In this document: positions 53,539-61,200 of the stretch, in pieces
Numbering within the stretch: the stretch's first letter is position 1
Layout of the letters: each line of letters starts with the position of its first letter
From: an uncultured bacterium
Lineage (GTDB): Bacteria > Patescibacteriota > Minisyncoccia > Moranbacterales > UBA2206
DNA: 64,000 nt
Assembly: GCA_903937035.1 (NCBI GenBank)
Contig: CAIZXS010000005.1
Coordinates: 62,746-126,745 of the forward strand
Direction of reading: 5' to 3'
Notes under the pieces: generated by a model
What the model saw: only the letters and a program-made list of their open reading frames with translations
Databases searched by the model: none
Told to the model about the DNA's origin: nothing
Position numbers and translations under genes: made by a program

Positions 53539-54777
53539 ATGGATAAATTGAAATTATTCATTAGGCAAAAATCAGCAATCAGAAAATTAATGAGCTTAAC
53601 CTTTCTTTTAACCTTTCTTTGGATGGATTTTTTTGTTTTCGGTGTGATAATTGGAAAACCCCTAACCTTTGCTCAGGCAGAGAGCACGATTCGCGTTGGG
53701 CTAAGAGTTCTTCCTTCGAATCCTATTGAAAATACTGAAAAAATAATTCCAAATAATGAGAAGCATGAATCATTGTCAGACTTAAGATCTTCCAGTTTTC
53801 GCTTGATTTCTTCTGTTGAAAATACAGATAAGAGTCTTCAGCTAAATGAAACCTCTCAGCCTGGTGAAAAATCTGATCAAGTCATGGAGTCAGATGGAGT
53901 TGTTTTGGGGAAATCAATTGTGGATTTTCAGGGCAAGGCGATTTATCCAAATTCAAATGTGCTCCTAGAGATTAGATCTTCTCCATTTTTAACTTCAGTA
54001 ATCAGTGATAGTCAGGGAAATTGGACTTGGACTAACTGGTGTCATCCTCTTGAAGATGGAGAGCATTGGCTGGAAGCGAGCAATGTTTCCCCCTTTGACT
54101 TATCAGGAAAAAGAGATATTTTCATACAAAGGTTTAAATTTTTTGTCAAAAACCAAGTAGATAGTAAACTAACTGACCAATTAGCACTTGAGAAATTAAT
54201 ATCCACAGCGGGTACTGATGGTGTAGCCGATATATTGGGCAAGGGGAATGTGAAAGATTTGTATTTGTTTAATATTGCCCTCCTAAACAAGAAAGAATAT
54301 AATCCACAAGATGAAATGTTTTTGCAATTGCTATTTAATCCTCTTGGACAAATTTCCGATAAAGAAGCCTTGATAAAATATGAAATTTATGGCGTAGACG
54401 AAAATGGCAGTATCGACCAGCCTCTTTTGGAGCTAAATGACAAAATAGAGCTTGCCGAAAATAAGGCTTTTCTAAAAAAAATTAAGTTACAAAAAGAGAT
54501 CACTGGTAACGAGTATTTTATTAAGGTAATGGCCTATATTGGTGGCAATGAATACGTTCAATCAGCTAAATTTGGAATAGCTCCCAAGATATTGCTTCAG
54601 GTGGGTGAAGTGAAGATAGATCAAGATAAATTTAGTAAGATCATTGTCTGGAATTCTTTGGTGGTTGTGGGTTTTGCAATCATAGTCCTTCTGTTGATGA
54701 TTTTTGAGTATCACCAGATGTCTCAATCTGATCTGATTAACGCTAAGATGTTAAAAAAACGACACTATTTTTCTTAG
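53539..54777 (+). CDS. Membrane-anchored protein with an Ig-like (Big_3-type) domain
   Basis: F.G.A..PNS.V.L.I.S......SD..GNW.W.....LE.GEH; N- and C-terminal TM segments. Confidence 0.6.
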   Translation: MDKLKLFIRQKSAIRKLMSLTFLLTFLWMDFFVFGVIIGKPLTFAQAESTIRVGLRVLPSNPIENTEKIIPNNEKHESLSDLRSSSFRLISSVENTDKSLQLNETSQPGEKSDQVMESDGVVLGKSIVDFQGKAIYPNSNVLLEIRSSPFLTSVISDSQGNWTWTNWCHPLEDGEHWLEASNVSPFDLSGKRDIFIQRFKFFVKNQVDSKLTDQLALEKLISTAGTDGVADILGKGNVKDLYLFNIALLNKKEYNPQDEMFLQLLFNPLGQISDKEALIKYEIYGVDENGSIDQPLLELNDKIELAENKAFLKKIKLQKEITGNEYFIKVMAYIGGNEYVQSAKFGIAPKILLQVGEVKIDQDKFSKIIVWNSLVVVGFAIIVLLLMIFEYHQMSQSDLINAKMLKKRHYFS

Positions 54778-54807
54778 TGAGTGTATTAATTTTTAATAAA
54801 TAAAAAT

Positions 54808-55110
54808 ATGGAACACGTGGCTTGTCTTATCAATCTATGTAATGCCCTGTTTTTGATGGCAATCATACTTTTTACCGTGATTATTATAATAAAAACAGAA
54901 AAAGAGCTGAAAAAAGTTTTTGAATTATTTTTTGTTTCTTTTTCGATTTTATTTTTATCAAGTGTTTTCGGGCTAAATCGTTTCTTTGAAATCATTACAC
55001 CGGTTGAAGCGGAGTTGGCGCTAGTTATTTCTCGGTTAATTTCTCTAATTTTTGTTTTTTTTGCGTGTTTTTTAATGATGAAATTGGTAAAAAATATGCA
55101 ATCAAAGTGA
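54808..55110 (+). CDS. Small three-TM membrane protein
   Basis: 100-aa hydrophobic ORF at the end of the operon. Confidence 0.55.
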   Translation: MEHVACLINLCNALFLMAIILFTVIIIIKTEKELKKVFELFFVSFSILFLSSVFGLNRFFEIITPVEAELALVISRLISLIFVFFACFLMMKLVKNMQSK

Positions 55111-55208
55111 AAGTGATTAGTGTGGTAGTTGAGATGGGCTACCAGGCTTAACTTTTGGCCTAAATCTGCTATAATTAAAGAGTTATAAGTGTCTTCAAGG
55201 GGGATGCG

Positions 55209-55236
55209 AAAGACGGGTGAGCCCGTCTTTTTGTTT
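55209..55236 (+). terminator. Intrinsic terminator / possible attenuator upstream of the giant gene
   Basis: aaagacggg-tgag-cccgtcttttt. Confidence 0.6.
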
Positions 55237-55261
55237 GTTCCTTGAAAATTTGCACTAAAAT

Positions 55262-58200
55262 ATGCCGCCGCTAAAACAAAAAAATCAAAACACAATATCT
55301 TTTCAAAAGACCTCCTTCGTGTTGATTTTCTTGGCAGTTGTTTTCCTCGTTGGCGTGAAAAATTCTCAGGCGGTAATTTCTGAGAAGATTAATTATCAAG
55401 GAAAATTGACTGATTCGAGTAACGTAACTGTAGCTGACGGAGCATATGACATTGTTTTCAATCTTTACACGACTGCTGGTGGTGGTTCTCCAATTTGGAC
55501 AGAGTCTTGGACAAACTCAGCCCTTTTCACAAATTCTGGAACAACTTTCACAAATAATGGTTGCGCGGCAGGAGTGGATCGCATGGCCTATACTGGAGAC
55601 ACTAACGAGGGAACACTTTCAGCGGGACAATATCTTTGGAATACAACCAAAAAGGAATCAGCCGTAATTGAGTCTGTGAGCACTTCCGGTTCTGGCGGGT
55701 ATATTTGTTTTTATGATCCCTATTCAACTTGGGCAAGTAGTGATGCTATTTCTAACCGCATCTATGTCCGCAGTGGAATTTTTTCCACTATGCTTGGAAG
55801 CGTGCAAAGTCTCAGTGCAATTGATTTCAATCAAACGCTCTATCTAGGAGTGACAATCGGAGGTGATCCAGAAATGCAACCAAGAAAAGTGATTGGTTCT
55901 GCTCCATCAGCTTTTACAGCCAAAACATTGAATAATAATGGCACTGCAACAATAGCCACCAATGCCGGGGCGACAATTAGCATTGGCAATACAACTGGAG
56001 CAGCTACTGTGCTTTCCGGCGGAGCATCTTCTTGGGCTAACACGAGTGGAAACCTGACTGTTTCTACGGTGACTTCCGGAACGCTCGCTGTGACATCAGC
56101 TGGAGCACTTAATTTGTCTGCCGCTGCCGCTTCGACTGCAACGCTCGCCAATGTTGCTGATGCATTTAATTTTGATAGCAACACTCTTTCTGTTGATGCT
56201 CTGAATAATCGAATCGGAATTGGGACGGCTGCTCCAACCGCATTTTTGGACATAGCAGCATCCACAACTGGCGCTGCTAGCTTGCGTTTGCAAACAGGAG
56301 TTGCTCCGACAACTCCGAATATCGGTGATATGTGGTTTAATGGGACTAATCTATATTTCAGAAAAGATGGTACAACATCGCAAGACTTGTTGGCTTCAAG
56401 TGGTAGCGGACCTTGGACTGACGGCACTGGCGTTACATATATAACTGACACAGCAGAGGACTTGGCAATCGGCGCAGCAACATTGGTTGCGCCTTTTTCC
56501 GTTGATGTTTCCCTGAATACTGCTCGCATCGGTACTGGAGCGACTAATAATGGAATTCTAAACATGTATGCCTCAGATGGTGATACTGGTTCGCTTGCTT
56601 ATACCACCGACGATGCTTGGACTTTCACGGGTGGTAATGTGGGAATTGGCACTACTCAACCATGGAGTGCTCTTCATGTCACTAGTAGTGTATTGTGGGG
56701 TTCAAATGTTTATCTCGAAGCCACCAATGCTGGTGCGGATTTTCCAGTTTGGACATTTAAGAAATCCAGAGCAGGCGCTTCGGTGAATGCTTGGGATTCA
56801 TTGGGGGAGATGAAATTTGCTGGAGTCAACAGCACGGGAAGTTCAGATTCTGATTTTGGAACTATTATTGGTATTGCGGAAGATCCAACTTCGGGTTCAG
56901 AAGATGGAAATTTTATGTTTTCTGTTGTCAGAGGTGGTGCAATGATTGAACAAGCAAGATTTAGTGGGCCGGAGGGAGTTAATTTTAATTACCAGAACTC
57001 TCCCAATGTTGATTTTACGGTTTCAGGAGACACAATCAGTCAACTCATATTCGCTGATGCCAGCACAGACACAATTGGGATTGGTGTTGCTGCGCCAAAA
57101 GCTTTTCTGTCACTAGCCGGTGCTACGGCTGGAAAATCTTCCCTGAATATTGCTACTGGCACTGCTCCAACCGGCGGTAATCTCTATGATGGTGATATGT
57201 GGTATGAAACTGGGCATCTCTATTTCCGCGATACGACAACGAAAGACCTCTTAGCTGGAGGAGGAATGGCAATTGGAGGAACAATCTCAAATAGTCCCAA
57301 TGATACGTCAATACTATTCGTGAACGGTTCAGTTCTCGCCCAAGATACCAATTTTACTTGGAACACAACTAATGATGAATTGGGAATTGGAGTGGCTCCG
57401 ACATATAGAGTTGATGTTGCAACGGCGGTGGCAAGTGATCGTGGAGTTAATATTTCCAATACTGCTGCAACAGGAACAAACTATGGTATCTTTTCTTCCG
57501 TCACCGGCGCAGCGACTGCTAATTATGGTGGAAATTTTGCATCCAGTGGCGCTGTTACCAATTATGGCGTGAATATTGCTGGCATGACAGGGTCGGCTAC
57601 AGCTTTGAATAACTATGGCGTATATGTGGGAACCATTACGAGCACCAGCTCAACCAATGCGGTTAATTATGGAATATATGTCAATGGAATAACTGGAGTT
57701 ACAGCCGAGGATAATGCTACAAACGTTGACTTATACCTAGGAAATATCACTGGCTCAACCACAACTTCAAGTAATATTGGACTCAAGATGGGAACCATCA
57801 CAAGCACCTCTGGAACCGGATCGAACTACGGAATTCAATTAGGTGCCATTTCTGGCGCAACAAATAATTCCTATGGCATTTCACTTAATACCTTGACCGG
57901 AGGCGTTCTGACCAACACTCAAATTGCGACTGGCCAGATCACTGTAACAGGCGCAGTGACTGGAAGCTATGCTCTTAATCTGGGTGGGTTGACGGGAACA
58001 GCTAACGCAGCGACTAACGCTGGAATCAATCTTGGTGCAATAAATTCCGCCGGAACAACGAGCACAAACTATGGAATTCGCTTGAGCACAATGACCGGAG
58101 GAACAACCGCAAATTATCAAATTGCGACTGGCGCGCTCACAAACACTGGTACGACCAACATTCAGCTCGATTTAGGCGGACTTTCTGGTTCTGTTGCATC

Positions 58201-61200
58201 TTCGAATAATTATGGAATTAGACTTGGCGCAATCAGCTCAGCCGGAACCACTTCGAATAATTATGGAATTAGTCTTGGAACATTGACTGGTGGCACGACT
58301 TCCAACACGCAAATTGCCACAGGCGCAATCACAATTACCTCTGTTTCTAACTACGGATTAAATATCGGCGGACTTTCTGGCTCTGTTGCTTCTTCTAATA
58401 ATTATGGCATCAATGTTGGCGCAATCAGTTCTGCTGGAGCAACTTCCAATAATTATGGAATGAATATCACATCAATCACTGGTGGTGTAACGGCTAACTA
58501 TGGTTTAAATGTCGGCGCAATCACAACCACTGGTGCGACCAATTCTTATGGTTTGAATGTGGCTGCAATGACTGGCACGGGAGCATCTAGTTATGGATTA
58601 AATGTGATGGCGGCGACTGCCACGGGAACAAACGTGTTTGGTATGCAAATTAATGGAGCGACTGGTGGCTCAGCTAATAGTTATGGCTTAAACGTGACGG
58701 TGCCGATCAATGCTACTGGGCACAAGGCAGGCATTGAAATTGGAGCAGCTTCCACAGCAAGTGGAAATTGGGCGCTTTATTCTGGTGATACAAACGGATC
58801 ATATCTAGCGGGAAATTTAGGCCTTGGAACAGCAGTGACCACAACTTCATTTCTCAGTCTGGGTGCCCATACCACTGCAAAATCAAGTCTAAATATTCCA
58901 TCTTCTGGTGGCGCTGTTCTTTCTGCTCCTGTTATTGGGGATATGTGGTTTAATGGAACCAGTCTATATTTTAGGAAAGATGGTTCAACTTCGAGCGACC
59001 TTCTTGCTGCTGGGGCTGGAATGTCGATTGGTGGAAGTATTAGTAGCTCAACTTCTGGTTCTATTCTCTATGCTAATAGTTCCAACCAAATGGCTCAGGA
59101 TAATGCTAACTTTTTTTGGGATGCAACGAACAAGCGCCTAGGAATTGGAACAACTGCTCCATCACAAGCGTTGACAGTTAATGGAAGCATCAGGTTGGCT
59201 GCTGGCGTGACAAATAGCTTAGTCTTTCAAGATGGAACGACAATGACGACGGCTGCTGCCACCTCCACTGGCTATACGAGTACAACTGATTTGAACTTTG
59301 CGGCGGACAGTGATACTAATGGTTCTGGTACGATGTTTTTTGCTACTAATGGCCTGGAAAGAATACGTGTCACAAATGCTGGACTAGTTGGTGTCGGCAC
59401 AGCATCAGGAACCGCGCAATTAGCAGTCAATACAACTGGTACAAACAATCTTTTGCAATTGCAAAAAGCTGGACTGGATAAGTTTGTAGTGGATAATAAG
59501 GGTGGCGTGACAGTCAACGGAACATCAGCAAATAACGTCAAGACAACTACTGGAACAACCAATGTGACAGATTTTTCCTTTACTGGCTCAACCTTTACTA
59601 ATGTCACTTCGCAAAATGATGAAGTTGATATTGATGCCGGATCGGTGGTAACAACTTTCTCATCAGCCGCGGCTAATACTGCAGTCAATGCTGGAGCGGG
59701 ATCACATAGTATCGTGCGTGATGATGGCAGAGTAATTGTTGTTCATGGCGGTGGCGCAGCGACTGGATCATCGTGGGACGGATCATCTGCGACGATGACT
59801 TCAGTCACCGTTGCTTCGGCTGCTTCAGTTGGAGCAGGCGCAATCTCTCTGAAGCGTCCTAACGGAAGGTATCTTCTGGTGCACGGTAATGGTTCGGCTG
59901 GACTTTCTTCTGTTTATGACCCTTGGAATATTACAGCAGCCGCTGCTGGCCCAGCAGTTTGTGGAGGTGGGGCAACAACAACGGGAACTAATGCTTTTAT
60001 GCGACCAGATGGAAAATATGTCATTATGTGCGGAGGTTTGACAGCTTGGGGTGTCTATGATCCTTCGGCTGCTGTCGCAGCTGGATACACTGCAGGCACA
60101 GTAGTCGCTTCAGCTTTTGGCGCTGGCGCTTTTGCGATCCAAAGAGATGATGGAACGTTTTTAGTTTTTCGCGGAGGCAGCACAACCACACATTGGATTT
60201 ATAATCCTTTTGCTGGTGCGACTGGAACCTGGACAATAAACCCAATCACAACTAATATGCCAACAATTTCTACTGGAGCTTTTGCTATCCGTAGGAATGA
60301 TGGAAAATATTTGATTGTGGGAGGAGCGATTAATACTTCAACTATCTATAACCCAACGACAACGACTTCTAATTCTGGTGCGGGAGCTTTTGAGCTCATT
60401 AATGGTGGTGTAGCAGCAGCCGGTTTCGGGCCAATCACCACTGCTCTTGCAGACGCTGCTCAAGTAGTGCGTCGACAAGATGGGAAATATCTGATGGTGC
60501 ATGGTGGCGCTTCAACGCTAACTGATATCATTGATCCATCTGTCACGACCAATCAAATGTTTTTAGCTGGAACAGCCCTTAATAATGCCATGGGTGCTGG
60601 CGGACATTTTGTTCCGAGGCCAGACGGAAAATATGCCATCATTCGCGGAGGCGCTGCAACCCCAGTCGATACTTATGATATGGGCTTTGTGATGGGAGGG
60701 AATGGATCAGGATCGCAACTTTCGAGTTATGAAACGGAATGTATGACAGCGACCTCACTTAATCAATCTTCCACACTCAACTGGACAGCTAATATGGAAG
60801 GAACGCTTATTTTTCAGGTAAAAACAGGAACAGGTTCTTGTTCTGGAGCTTATAAGAACATTCTAAATAGTGGGGATTTAATTCGTCCTGTGGCAGGAGA
60901 TAATCGCGTTCAAGTTAAGGTTTTTTTCAAGCGCCCATTTTTTATCGGTTACGACCAGGAGTGGTCTTTGTGGCGTGGTCTTAGCCAGCCACGTTATCGT
61001 GCGAAAGTGGCCGATCCAACACTATATGACATTAAGGTTGATAATTCCTCTCAGCTACATCGCTCCCTGTTTGACTTTGGTATTGGAACAAATAATGCCA
61101 CTACCGATCCATCTGGACCAGTATCTTCGAATTTGAATGTGACTATGGATGGTAAATTACAGTTAGCAGCTGGTGTCGGAATGCAAAATCTTGCCCCAAC

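Noticed and set aside
54786-55295. 169-aa minus-strand ORF
   Set aside because: Overlaps the 3-TM gene, promoter, terminator and start of the giant gene on the other strand; no domain.
57480-58700. Repeated aattatggaat-like DNA motifs
   Set aside because: Protein-level NYG repeats in the giant CDS, not an independent DNA array.
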